From contig DISD01000050.1 of NCBI GenBank assembly GCA_002435715.1, positions 38,850-102,849 on the forward strand: DNA of 64,000 nt, given 5' to 3'. Origin of the DNA: Rhodospirillaceae bacterium UBA6219 (lineage in GTDB: Bacteria > Pseudomonadota > Alphaproteobacteria > Rhodospirillales > Magnetospirillaceae). This document shows positions 1 through 8,969 of the stretch, piece after piece (the stretch's first letter is position 1; each line of letters opens with the position of its first letter). The notes under the pieces are model-generated. The model worked only from the letters and a program-made list of their open reading frames with translations, made no database searches and was not told the origin of the DNA. A program made the translations under genes and the position numbers.

Positions 1-234
1 GCGTCGCGTGGTCCATGTGGCGGGCGGTGTTGGAAAAAACCGACCGCTTGTGCCGCCACTAGTGCACTGATTCATTGATTTCGTGAACCGTCTGTCTGGA
101 TCGGAGCACTGGGGACCAGCCCCCAATCCACAGCCTTTGTTCGGCCTCGCCCCTTGGCCCCGGTGCTCTAAATCGTTGACGCCGGCTCACGGCTGGTTTT
201 TCCTGTCAGTTGCTTTTTCCAGCAAGGGCCGTGC

Positions 235-993
235 ATGCGCCTGTGGCTTTCCCTTTTTGGTCTGCTGTGTGTTGCAATCGTCCGGCCGACCTTGGCCCAG
301 GAGGTGGCGGTCGGAATCACCTCGACCGCGCCGCCCTTTGTCGAAGTCGATGCCGAGGGGCGCTTGACCGGCGGGTTCAATGTCGAACTGGCCCGGCTGC
401 TGTGTCAACGCATGGGCCGCCCCTGCAGCCTGGAAAAGACCGGCTTTCCGCAATTGCTGACCCGGATCGAGGAAGGCACCTTCCAGATCGGCTTCGCCAA
501 TCTGCTGAAGAACGCGGAACGGGAACAAAAGATGCTGTTCTCGGCCCCCATTTGGCGCTCGACCTCGTCCTTCGTCAGCCGGGCCGGCTCGCCGGTCGTC
601 GATCCGGCCAAAGCGCGCCGCAACGGCCGGATCTGCGTGGTTCACAAGTCCCAGCAGGAAGCCTTCATCGCCGACCAACCCGGCCCCCAGGCTCATTTGG
701 TTCCCACCGCTTCGCATGCGGACTTGTTCGACGCCCTGACCAACGGCCGTTGCGACGCCGCCTTGCTGCCCACGGTCCACGTTTTGTCGTTTTTGGCCAG
801 CCCCGCCGGCAGCAATTACGATTATTCCGGGCCGCCCTTGCAGGAACCGCGGCTCTCGGGCAACGTCCATATCGTGGTGGCGAAAAGCCGACCGGAATTA
901 CTGGATTCCCTGAACGCCGCCATCGCCGCCATCAACCGAGACGGCAGCTACCGCGCTTTGATCGCCCGTTTCTTCCCCTTCGACATCCTTTAG
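235..993 (+). CDS. Periplasmic solute-binding protein, family 3 (amino-acid ABC-type fold)
   Basis: 252-aa ORF with signal peptide MRLWLSLFGLLCVAIVRPTLAQE and an SBP_bac_3-like two-lobe sequence. The stop codon lies 2 nt before the ATG of the downstream kinase. Confidence 0.8.
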   Translation: MRLWLSLFGLLCVAIVRPTLAQEVAVGITSTAPPFVEVDAEGRLTGGFNVELARLLCQRMGRPCSLEKTGFPQLLTRIEEGTFQIGFANLLKNAEREQKMLFSAPIWRSTSSFVSRAGSPVVDPAKARRNGRICVVHKSQQEAFIADQPGPQAHLVPTASHADLFDALTNGRCDAALLPTVHVLSFLASPAGSNYDYSGPPLQEPRLSGNVHIVVAKSRPELLDSLNAAIAAINRDGSYRALIARFFPFDIL

Positions 994-995
994 AC

Positions 996-3224
996 ATGCC
1001 GCGTTCCCCCGCCCCCCGCCTGCCGTCACTGCAACGCCGATTGTTGGCCTTCGCCATCGCGCTGACCCTGGTGGTGCTGGCGGCGTTGGGGGCCATGCTG
1101 ATTTCGGGGACCGCCACCCATACCGCCATCCAGGACAGCCGCACCCAGACCGTTCCCCACATCCTGGAACGTCAACGCGCCACCGCCAACCTGGAACGCC
1201 TGATCCGCTTCGGTTGGATCGCCGCCACCGCCCAAGCCCCCAAGGATTGGCGACAAGCGGCGATCACCGCCCAGGCTTTGGCCTACCATCCCTCGCTGGC
1301 CTTCGACGAGGAATTACGCCGCCAAGTCATCCAGGTGCACGCCACCATCCGCCAAGTCATCGCGCTTCGCGAACAGGCCCAGGATTTGCGCCATTCCGGG
1401 CAGGACAACAAGCGGGCGGACATCGTCGACGAAGAAGCCAAGAATCTGTGGACCCCCCAGGAAAGCGTGCTGGCCACCCTGCAGGGACGACTGGCCGACG
1501 ACGCCGCCGCGCTGATCGTCACCCGCATGGACCGCATCTCGCGGATTTCCAACCTGACGCTGCAATCGGCCGTCTTCACCACCTTGGTCATCTTGACCAT
1601 CGTCGGCGCCACCGCCTGGATGGTCGGGCGCAACCTGTTGCGTCCGGTGGTCGGGCTGGCCCAGGCCATGCGAAACACCCAACTGGGCCATGACAATCCG
1701 GCCCTGCCCCAACCGGCCACCGCCGAAATCGCCGTATTGCAAGATGCCGTCGGACAATTGCACGACGCGTTGCATCAAGCCAATCTGCGCGAGCATGCGC
1801 TGCGATCCAGCGAACAGCGTCTGAATTCGATCTTTTCGGCCTCGGAAGCGGCCATCGTGCTGACCGATTCCATCGGCCAAGTGATGCAGGCCAACGATTC
1901 CTTCCTGCGCCTGTTGGGTCTGAGGGACACCTTGGACCTGACCTTGCAACAGCTGACCCATCCCGAGGACCGCCCCCGCAGCGCCGCCATCTTCAAGGCC
2001 ATGACGGCGGGCGAGATCGACCGTTATCGGATGGATGCCAGATTGGTTCGGATGGACGGCACCTTCGTCTGGGTGGACGTCACCATCCGCGCCATCCGCG
2101 ATGGCGCCGCGCCGCCCCACCAATACGTCGCCGTGGCCATCGACATTTCGGACCGCGTCCGGGCGGAAAAGGAATTGTTGTTCATCCGTTCGCTGGTCAA
2201 CCAAAGCGCCGACCCCATTTATTGCCTGGATCCCCTGGATGGCGGCCGCATGGTCTGGGCCAACGCCGCCACCTGCCGGCATTTCGGCGTCTCGGAAGCC
2301 CAATTGCTGAACATGCGTATCCCCGATTGGGATCCCGGCATGGACATGCAGCGAACCGAGCAGGTGATGCGGGATTCTTTGCGCAATGACACCCACGTGG
2401 TGGAAACCACCCATCGCATCGCCGGCGGCGAGGTGATTCCGGTCGAGGTGTCGGCCTCAACCCTGGAACATGACGGCCGGCCCTACATCGCCGGCTATAT
2501 CCGCGATATCCGCGACCGCAACCGCATGCTGGAAACGGTGCGCCGCTCCAACGAGGATTTGCAGCAATTCGCTTATGTGGCCAGTCACGACCTGCAAGAG
2601 CCTCTGCGCATGGTGGCCAGCTTTCTGCAATTGCTGGAACGCCGTTACGGCACCAAGCTGGATGACGACGGACGCGAATACATCCGTTTCGCGGTCGACG
2701 GCGCTGTGCGTATGAAGCAGTTGATCGAGGATCTTCTGGCTTTTTCCCGCATTGATTCCCGGGGGGCGCCGCTGATCCCCACCTCGCTGGAACGCGCCGC
2801 CCGTGAAGCCAGCGACAATCTGATCGCCACCATCTCCGAAAGCGGCGCCAGCATCGAGTGGAAAAACCCGCTGCCCCAGGTCGTGGGCGACGAGATCCAG
2901 TTGGTGCGCCTGATGCAGAACCTGTTGGGGAACGCCATCAAATACCGGTCCCCCGACAAGCCGGTGGCAATCAGCGTCTCGGCCATCAGGCGGGGGGATA
3001 TGTGGATTGTGTCGGTGGCCGACAACGGGATCGGCATCGCCGCCGAATACCACGATCGCATCTTCATGATTTTCCAGCGCCTGCACGGAATCGGCGCCTA
3101 TGAAGGAACCGGCATCGGCTTGGCCATCTGCAAACGTATTGTCGAGCGCCATGGTGGGGAAATCTGGGTCGAATCCCAAGAAAACATGGGTTCCGTCTTT
3201 AAATTTACCCTGAAGGCGGTTTAG
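996..3224 (+). CDS. Membrane sensor histidine kinase (2 TM, HAMP, two PAS, HisKA, HATPase)
   Basis: ATG at 996 lies in frame inside the 210..3224 track ORF, and the upstream part overlaps the SBP gene. TM segments LLAFAIALTLVVLAALGAMLISG and VFTTLVILTIVGATAWMVG. H-box FAYVASHDLQEPLRMV. G-boxes DNGIGIAAEYHDRIFMIFQRLH and GTGIGLAICKRIVERHGG. Confidence 0.85.
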   Translation: MPRSPAPRLPSLQRRLLAFAIALTLVVLAALGAMLISGTATHTAIQDSRTQTVPHILERQRATANLERLIRFGWIAATAQAPKDWRQAAITAQALAYHPSLAFDEELRRQVIQVHATIRQVIALREQAQDLRHSGQDNKRADIVDEEAKNLWTPQESVLATLQGRLADDAAALIVTRMDRISRISNLTLQSAVFTTLVILTIVGATAWMVGRNLLRPVVGLAQAMRNTQLGHDNPALPQPATAEIAVLQDAVGQLHDALHQANLREHALRSSEQRLNSIFSASEAAIVLTDSIGQVMQANDSFLRLLGLRDTLDLTLQQLTHPEDRPRSAAIFKAMTAGEIDRYRMDARLVRMDGTFVWVDVTIRAIRDGAAPPHQYVAVAIDISDRVRAEKELLFIRSLVNQSADPIYCLDPLDGGRMVWANAATCRHFGVSEAQLLNMRIPDWDPGMDMQRTEQVMRDSLRNDTHVVETTHRIAGGEVIPVEVSASTLEHDGRPYIAGYIRDIRDRNRMLETVRRSNEDLQQFAYVASHDLQEPLRMVASFLQLLERRYGTKLDDDGREYIRFAVDGAVRMKQLIEDLLAFSRIDSRGAPLIPTSLERAAREASDNLIATISESGASIEWKNPLPQVVGDEIQLVRLMQNLLGNAIKYRSPDKPVAISVSAIRRGDMWIVSVADNGIGIAAEYHDRIFMIFQRLHGIGAYEGTGIGLAICKRIVERHGGEIWVESQENMGSVFKFTLKAV

Positions 3225-3368
3225 GGTCTCTCACCGCTTCTTGCCTGACCTGAACATCACGACAGCAATAGCTTTCTCTACGACTTAATGATCATTGGTA
3301 ATTTGGTGACAGCGCTGGAAGCTGGCGGTATCTTTTTTCGCCATCGCCAGACCATCGGAACATGACCA

Positions 3369-3890
3369 ATGGATAAGTCCCTTTCGGGTGTCGAACGCAC
3401 TTTCCAGACCGACGAGATCATCGTCAGCAAAACCGACCCCACCGGGCGCATCGTCTATGCCAACGACATCTTCATCGACATCAGCGGCTATACGGTGGAC
3501 GAAGTCCTGGGCCAACCCCACAACATGATCCGCCATCCCGACATGCCGCGGGCGGTGTTCAAGTTGTTGTGGGAACGCATCTCCGCCGGTCACGAGATTT
3601 TTGCCTATGTGGTCAACCGCTGTAAGAACGGCGACCATTACTGGGTGCTGGCCCACGTCACCCCCAATTTCGACGAAGCCGGCAAGATCGTCGGCTATCA
3701 TTCCTGTCGGCGCACCCCCAAGCGTCAGGCGGTCGAAACCATGAGCCGGCTTTACGCCCAGTTGCGCGAACTGGAAAGCCAGAATGATCGCAAAGCCGGG
3801 CTGGAAAAGTCGTCCGCCGCTTTGCAACAGGCGGTGCAGTCGCTGGGTTTCGCCAGCTATGACCGCTTCATCCTCAGCTTGGGCCGCTAG
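3369..3890 (+). CDS. Stand-alone Aer-type (FAD-binding class) PAS domain protein
   Basis: 173 aa. Strong resemblance to the N-terminal PAS of the aerotaxis receptor Aer: GQPHNMIRHPDMPRAVFKLLW and NRCKNGDHYWVLAHV. No TM or output domain. Confidence 0.85.
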   Translation: MDKSLSGVERTFQTDEIIVSKTDPTGRIVYANDIFIDISGYTVDEVLGQPHNMIRHPDMPRAVFKLLWERISAGHEIFAYVVNRCKNGDHYWVLAHVTPNFDEAGKIVGYHSCRRTPKRQAVETMSRLYAQLRELESQNDRKAGLEKSSAALQQAVQSLGFASYDRFILSLGR

Positions 3891-3902
3891 GGAGAATCCG
3901 CG

Positions 3903-5699
3903 ATGAGCATCAAGACCTCGATTCGCAAGCAGGCCCGGTTGGTCAGCGGCGGATTCGTCGCCATCGTCCTGTTGCTGGCGGTGTTCAGCTTGGCCGGCGT
4001 CATGCAAAGCCTGTCCCAGGCCACCGAACAAGATGAAATCCTGGAACATCTGCACACCAAGGTGGCACCGTTCCAATTGCTGGCCCGCCAGTTGCAGCTG
4101 GATGTGGTGCAGGTCCAGCAACTCCTGAGCGACGTTTCGGCCACCCGTGGCGAAAACGGCCTGGACGACGGCTTCGACAAGGCCGCCAGCTTCGCCAAGC
4201 AATTCAACACCCATATGGAAAAAGCGCGCGGCCTGGCCGTCGAAATGCAGGCCACCAAGGTGTTGCCGCATCTGGACGCCGTCGCCAAGGCGTTTCCCGG
4301 CTATTACGAAACCGGTCAGCGCATGGCCCACGCCTATCTGGACAAAGGCACCAGCGCCGGCAACGGCTTCATGGAGGAATTCGACCAGCAGGCGGGCAAC
4401 CTGACCCAATCCCTGGAAGCCCTGCTGGCCGAATCCGATTCGTTGATGGTGGCCGAACGCGATACCGCCAATGCCGCCATCCAATCGGCGCGGGTCAAGG
4501 CGTGGACGGTTTCCGCCCTGCTGGCGGTGCTGACCCTTATCGGTCTGGGACTGGCCATGTTCACCGGCCGCAACATCAACCAGACCGCGGCCCTGCTGGA
4601 AGAAGCCGGCGTCACCATGTCGCGGGCGGCACGCGGGGATTTGAACGCCCGTATCGTGCGGATCAAACGCCATGACGAAATCGGCCAATTGCTGGTGGCG
4701 GTCAACCGCGTGCTGGATCTGACCGAAACCTTCGCCAAGGAAATCGGCGCCGCCATGGCCGCCGCCCAGCGCAAGGAATATTTCCGCTACATCCCCGAGG
4801 AAGGCCTGCGTGGCGACTTCCTGCGCTTCGTGCGGTCCATGAACAACATCCTGGCGGCCATGGAAATGCGCGATTCCAAGACCTTGGAATTCGAAGCCAC
4901 CGTCAAGGGCATGGTGGAAGACGTGGCGCAGTCCACCCAGGGCATCAGCGACACCGCCAACATGATGGCGCATCGCTCGGAAGCCACCGGCGGCCGTTCT
5001 CTGGAAGTGGGCGAAGCCGCCCACGCCACCACCGAACGGGCCGAAATCGTTTCGGAAGCCACCCGCCAATTGGTGGCCTCGATCAACGAAATCGCCGCCC
5101 AGGCGACCCAATCCAGTTCGGTGGCGCGTCAAGCCACCGCACAGATTTCCGCCACCTCGTCACGCATGGACGAACTGGCCCAGGCCATCTCGCAGATCGG
5201 CCAGGTGGTCGGCCTGATCAACACCATCGCCGGCCAGACCAACCTGTTGGCGCTGAACGCCACCATCGAAGCCGCCCGCGCTGGCGAGGCCGGACGCGGC
5301 TTTGCCGTGGTGGCCAACGAGGTCAAGAACCTGGCCAACCAGACCGCGACCGCCACCGGCACCATCACCGGCCAAGTGGAAGCGGTGCAATCGGCGGCAC
5401 GCGAAGCCATCGACGCCATCTCCGACATCGTCAGCACCATCGCAAGCATCGAAGGCATCGCCGCCGCCATCGCCGGTGCGGTGCAGGAACAGGAAGCTTC
5501 GACGCAAGAGATTTCGCGCAACATCGAAGGCGTGGTCCAAGAAGCCGAACACGTGTCGCACAGCGTGTCGCAATTGTCGCAATCGTCGGCGCAATCTTGC
5601 GCCGGAACCGTGCGCGTCATCTGGTCCGCCCGCAAACTGGCCAATGTGGTGACCTCGATGCATGACAAGGTCACCGACTACATCCAATCGGTCAGCTGA
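3903..5699 (+). CDS. Methyl-accepting chemotaxis protein (4-helix-bundle periplasmic domain, HAMP, MA domain)
   Basis: 598 aa with two TM segments flanking a roughly 170-aa helical periplasmic region. Contains the invariant signalling hairpin [32 protein letters not shown]. Starts 12 nt after the PAS gene. Confidence 0.92.
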   Translation: MSIKTSIRKQARLVSGGFVAIVLLLAVFSLAGVMQSLSQATEQDEILEHLHTKVAPFQLLARQLQLDVVQVQQLLSDVSATRGENGLDDGFDKAASFAKQFNTHMEKARGLAVEMQATKVLPHLDAVAKAFPGYYETGQRMAHAYLDKGTSAGNGFMEEFDQQAGNLTQSLEALLAESDSLMVAERDTANAAIQSARVKAWTVSALLAVLTLIGLGLAMFTGRNINQTAALLEEAGVTMSRAARGDLNARIVRIKRHDEIGQLLVAVNRVLDLTETFAKEIGAAMAAAQRKEYFRYIPEEGLRGDFLRFVRSMNNILAAMEMRDSKTLEFEATVKGMVEDVAQSTQGISDTANMMAHRSEATGGRSLEVGEAAHATTERAEIVSEATRQLVASINEIAAQATQSSSVARQATAQISATSSRMDELAQAISQIGQVVGLINTIAGQTNLLALNATIEAARAGEAGRGFAVVANEVKNLANQTATATGTITGQVEAVQSAAREAIDAISDIVSTIASIEGIAAAIAGAVQEQEASTQEISRNIEGVVQEAEHVSHSVSQLSQSSAQSCAGTVRVIWSARKLANVVTSMHDKVTDYIQSVS

Positions 5700-5725
5700 G
5701 ACCGGACCGATCCCCGGATCACCAT

Positions 5726-5768
5726 AAAAAAGCGTGCTGCCGATGACCGGCAGCACGCTTTTTCTTTG
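5726..5768. terminator. Bidirectional Rho-independent terminator between convergent genes
   Basis: A-run, then 12-bp perfect stem agcgtgctgccg (5731-5742) pairing with cggcagcacgct (5748-5759), 5-nt loop, then T-run ttttcttt. Sits between the MCP (+) and the STAS gene (-). Confidence 0.8.
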
Positions 5769-5828
5769 ACCTGCCATCTTGGCAGAAACGGGAATTCACC
5801 GGCCTGACGTCATAACGCCACGCTGATG

Positions 5829-6131
5829 TCACATCCGTTCGATTTGAAACATTTTCGAGGCGTCGGTCAGGTCCAGCAAGCGGGCGACATAACCCTGGGG
5901 ATTACGCAGAATGACGGGAACACCTTGCAAGTCTTCGCTGGCAATATACAGAAGACCAAGACCGACAGAATCGATAGTGGTAAGTCCGCTCAGATCAAAC
6001 ACAAGCTTTGACGGCTTGGTCGACTTCAGAGAATCCAACAGTTTCTCAAAGGTATCATTAGCGGAAAAATCGAGTTGTCCTTCCAGGACAACCATCGCGG
6101 TATTCCCGTCATTCTGAACCTTGTATTCCAT
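5829..6131 (-). CDS. STAS-domain anti-sigma-factor antagonist (SpoIIAA/HsbA-like)
   Basis: 100 aa with a STAS fold pattern. The conserved phosphorylatable Ser context is LSGLTTIDSVGLGLL. Confidence 0.85.
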   Translation of the reverse strand: MEYKVQNDGNTAMVVLEGQLDFSANDTFEKLLDSLKSTKPSKLVFDLSGLTTIDSVGLGLLYIASEDLQGVPVILRNPQGYVARLLDLTDASKMFQIERM

Positions 6132-6274
6132 GTCATCACCCTTGCACGCGCAATCTTGAAGGCGCCACCATTATGACCTATGCTTTAGTCAGCATCGGGC
6201 GGATGGTGACAGCACAACCCGCCCCAAACAAGTTTTTTCTCTCCCCATTCTGTCTGCCCCGTCGGAGCGCCGCG

Positions 6275-8209
6275 ATGGCCCACCCAGAAACCGCCCCCGC
6301 CGATCTTTCCAGACCGCTGGATTGGTCTTGGGCGACGGTCATGGTGGTCGACGACGAAGAAATCAATCGCGAATTGCTGGCCGGCATCGCGCGACGCCAG
6401 GGGGTGGGCCATGTGGTTCAGGCCAAGGACGGCCTGGATTGCCTCAGCCTTTTGGAACGCACCGCCCCCGATCTGATCATCCTTGATATCGTCATGCCCA
6501 ACATGGACGGGTTCAGCACCTGCGTCCGCATCCGCCAGATGCCGCAATGGGCCGACATCCCCATCCTGGTGCAGACGGCGCTGACCTCACCCCAGGACGT
6601 GCTGGCCTGTTTCGAAGCCGGGGCTTCGGACGTGGTGGCCAAACCCATCCGCCCGGCCGAGTTGTCGGCGCGGATCCGCGTCCACCTGGAAAACCGCCGC
6701 ATGGTGGGCACGCTGCGCGACGCCAATCTGCGCATCCACCGGGAAATGCTGGGCGCACGCGACATGCAGCGCACGCTGTTCCCGTCCCGCGCCGTGCTGG
6801 ACGACCTCTATACCCATCAGGGCCTGTGCGTGGAAGGCCGGGTCGAGCCGTTGGACGGCGTCGGCGGCGACATTTGGAACATCGTCCCCCTGGGCGATTC
6901 GTTGATCGCGGTGATGCTGGCGGATTTTTCCGGCCATGGACTGATGGCGGCGTTGAACACCTTCTGGCTGCACGCCTTCATCACCCGCCAGACCGAAGCC
7001 ATGCGGCAACCCGCCGAATTCCTGAAGCTGTTGAACGTTGCGCTGCGTGAAAACCTGATGCGCGGGCATTTCGCCACCTTCTTCTTCGGCTTGATCGACC
7101 TGGACCGGGACGAACTGCATTGGTCCGGGGCCGGCGCCCCCAAACCGGTCCTGGTCATCGGCGACGAACGCTTCCAGTTGGACACCACCGGCCTGCCCCT
7201 GGGTTTGACCGACCGGGCGGCCTATAGCACCCATTCCGTCGCTTTTCCCCCCGGTGCCGGGTTGCTGTTGTTCAGCGACGGTTTGACCGATGTGAACATC
7301 GGCGACGGCAGGAAAATGGAAGCCCATGGCCTGATGGACCGGCTGGGCCGTTATCAGTCCCCCATGATGGAAGCCGAGCTGAGCGATCTGTGGGACACCA
7401 TTCTTCCGCCGGGAAGCTGCCACTTGACCGACGACACCACCGCAGTGTGGGTCCGTCGGCAACGCCCGAACAAGACGGAACGGCAGGACAACCGTTTCCT
7501 GGCACTGTCCGGCATCGGGGTCCAACAGGCCACCCGCTGGGCCGCCCAGATGGCACTGCCCACCAAATCGGCCCCGCCCGAGGGCGGGCCCGGCCGCCCG
7601 GTGCATGTCATCGCCAGGGGGGTGGACGAAGATTTGTCGGCGGCTTTCGGCACACCCTTCGCGGTGATCGTCGAAGCCACTGACGACCTGCTGGCGGCCG
7701 CCCCGCCGGAAGAATTGCTGCAGCCGCCGGGTGACCAACAGATCCTGGCTTCGCTGACCACGGCCACGGCGTATCGCCTGCCCTTGGCCATGATGTTCAC
7801 CGAATCCCTGTTCACCCAAGGTCTGATCGCCGAGGCCGCCAAGGGCGGCATCTTGTTGGCGCTTCAGGAAGCGGTGGCCAATTCCGTCGTCCACGGCAAC
7901 CTGGAACTGCACTCTCCCCGTCGCGCCTTCGAGAACATGCGGGCCTACTGGGCGGAAATCCGTAACCGTCTGGCCGATCCGGTCAAGGCCGATCGGCTGG
8001 TGACCCTGGATGCCCGGGTCCGTGACGGCCTGATCGTCATCACCGTCACCGACCAGGGACGCGGCTACAACCCCGATTCGGTGCAGGCCCGCGACCCGTC
8101 GCGCCCGCACGGCAAGGGTTTGAAGCTGATCAGCCAATTGTCCTTGGCCCGCGAAGTGGCGCAAGGCGGCCGTCAGCATATCCTGACCTTCGCCCGCGAC
8201 CGCGCCTGA
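6275..8209 (+). CDS. Response-regulator receiver / PP2C (SpoIIE) phosphatase / RsbW-like Ser kinase fusion (HsbR-like)
   Basis: ATG at 6275 (MAHPET...). REC motifs VMVVDDEEINRELL and DLIILDIVMPNMDG. PP2C motifs GGDIWNIV and LLLFSDGLTDV. C-terminal HATPase_c_2-like motifs LQEAVANSVVHGN and VTDQGRGYNP. Confidence 0.85.
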   Translation: MAHPETAPADLSRPLDWSWATVMVVDDEEINRELLAGIARRQGVGHVVQAKDGLDCLSLLERTAPDLIILDIVMPNMDGFSTCVRIRQMPQWADIPILVQTALTSPQDVLACFEAGASDVVAKPIRPAELSARIRVHLENRRMVGTLRDANLRIHREMLGARDMQRTLFPSRAVLDDLYTHQGLCVEGRVEPLDGVGGDIWNIVPLGDSLIAVMLADFSGHGLMAALNTFWLHAFITRQTEAMRQPAEFLKLLNVALRENLMRGHFATFFFGLIDLDRDELHWSGAGAPKPVLVIGDERFQLDTTGLPLGLTDRAAYSTHSVAFPPGAGLLLFSDGLTDVNIGDGRKMEAHGLMDRLGRYQSPMMEAELSDLWDTILPPGSCHLTDDTTAVWVRRQRPNKTERQDNRFLALSGIGVQQATRWAAQMALPTKSAPPEGGPGRPVHVIARGVDEDLSAAFGTPFAVIVEATDDLLAAAPPEELLQPPGDQQILASLTTATAYRLPLAMMFTESLFTQGLIAEAAKGGILLALQEAVANSVVHGNLELHSPRRAFENMRAYWAEIRNRLADPVKADRLVTLDARVRDGLIVITVTDQGRGYNPDSVQARDPSRPHGKGLKLISQLSLAREVAQGGRQHILTFARDRA

Positions 8210-8340
8210 TCCGGCCGCCGCAACGGCGGCGATCACCGAAATGTCACAGCCTTCTTACGCCGCTGTCGCGGTGACAGCGATAGCCTTGGTCTTGAAACAA
8301 CCCACGCCCGATCATTCCGGGCGGGTAAGGAAGAAAGACC

Positions 8341-8625
8341 ATGAAGATCCTGATGACACCCCTGTTGTTGGCCGTCACCGTGGGCCTGACGCTCAGCGTT
8401 CCCCTGGCGGCCCATGCCGATCCCAAACACGGTCGTGGCCACCACGGCGGCTATGAGCGGGAATGGATCCCGCCGGGCCACCGCGTCGATCCCCGCCCCC
8501 GCGTGGTCTATCTGGAACCCGAACGCCCGCGTGTGGTGGTGGTGGAACGCAGCTATCGCCCGGTTTATGCGATTCCCGTGGCCGAACCGTCGATCAATGT
8601 GGTCATCCCGCTGAACCTGCGCTGA
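8341..8625 (+). CDS. Small secreted protein, His/Arg/Pro-rich, unknown function
   Basis: 94 aa with signal peptide MKILMTPLLLAVTVGLTLSVPLAAHA. The mature part starts DPKHGRGHHGGYEREW. I recognise no family. Confidence 0.5.
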   Translation: MKILMTPLLLAVTVGLTLSVPLAAHADPKHGRGHHGGYEREWIPPGHRVDPRPRVVYLEPERPRVVVVERSYRPVYAIPVAEPSINVVIPLNLR

Positions 8626-8642
8626 AAACACGAGGTCGGACG

Positions 8643-8942
8643 ATGAAGACCCAGACTCGCCTGCTGATCCTGTCCTGGGGCGCGTTCACACTCTTGGGCC
8701 AGCCGTTCGGCGCCCACGCCATGCCGCCCCGGATCGGCAGCGACCATGCCGTCCACGACGTCCGAACTCAGCCGGTGGTGCTGACCCCGGCAGGGACAGA
8801 AATCCCGTATCTGCCGTTCGAATGGTCTTATCACCAGCCGGTTTACCAATTCGACGCGGCCGAAGACCAAACGCCGCGTCTGTTGATACCGGTGCGGGGG
8901 CCGTCCACACAGCCCCCGCCCCGTTCCCAGCGTCACATTTGA
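8643..8942 (+). CDS. Small secreted protein, unknown function
   Basis: Internal ATG at 8643 of the 8463..8942 ORF gives 99 aa with signal peptide MKTQTRLLILSWGAFTLLGQPFGAHA. Starts 17 nt after the previous small gene. Confidence 0.45.
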   Translation: MKTQTRLLILSWGAFTLLGQPFGAHAMPPRIGSDHAVHDVRTQPVVLTPAGTEIPYLPFEWSYHQPVYQFDAAEDQTPRLLIPVRGPSTQPPPRSQRHI

Positions 8943-8969
8943 TCCGCGCGCGACAAGATCGATGTCGAT

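Noticed and set aside
1-234. Possible partial gene at the left edge
   Set aside because: All three plus frames stop within 80 nt and give only 20 to 26 uninformative codons. On the minus strand an ATG at 16 would give only 5 codons inside the window. There is not enough sequence to support a call.
210-3224. 1004-aa ORF read as a single gene
   Set aside because: The first 262 codons overlap the well-supported SBP gene in another frame and look like shadow sequence. The kinase begins at the in-frame ATG at 996, just before its first TM segment.
3285-5132. 615-aa ORF on the minus strand
   Set aside because: It lies entirely antisense to the PAS and MCP genes, which have unmistakable family signatures. 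Its translation is Gly/Ala/His/Gln/Asp-rich with no motif. This is a typical high-GC shadow ORF.
6587-8236. 549-aa ORF on the minus strand
   Set aside because: It is antisense to the REC-PP2C-kinase fusion gene, has no recognisable domains and shows a shadow-ORF composition.
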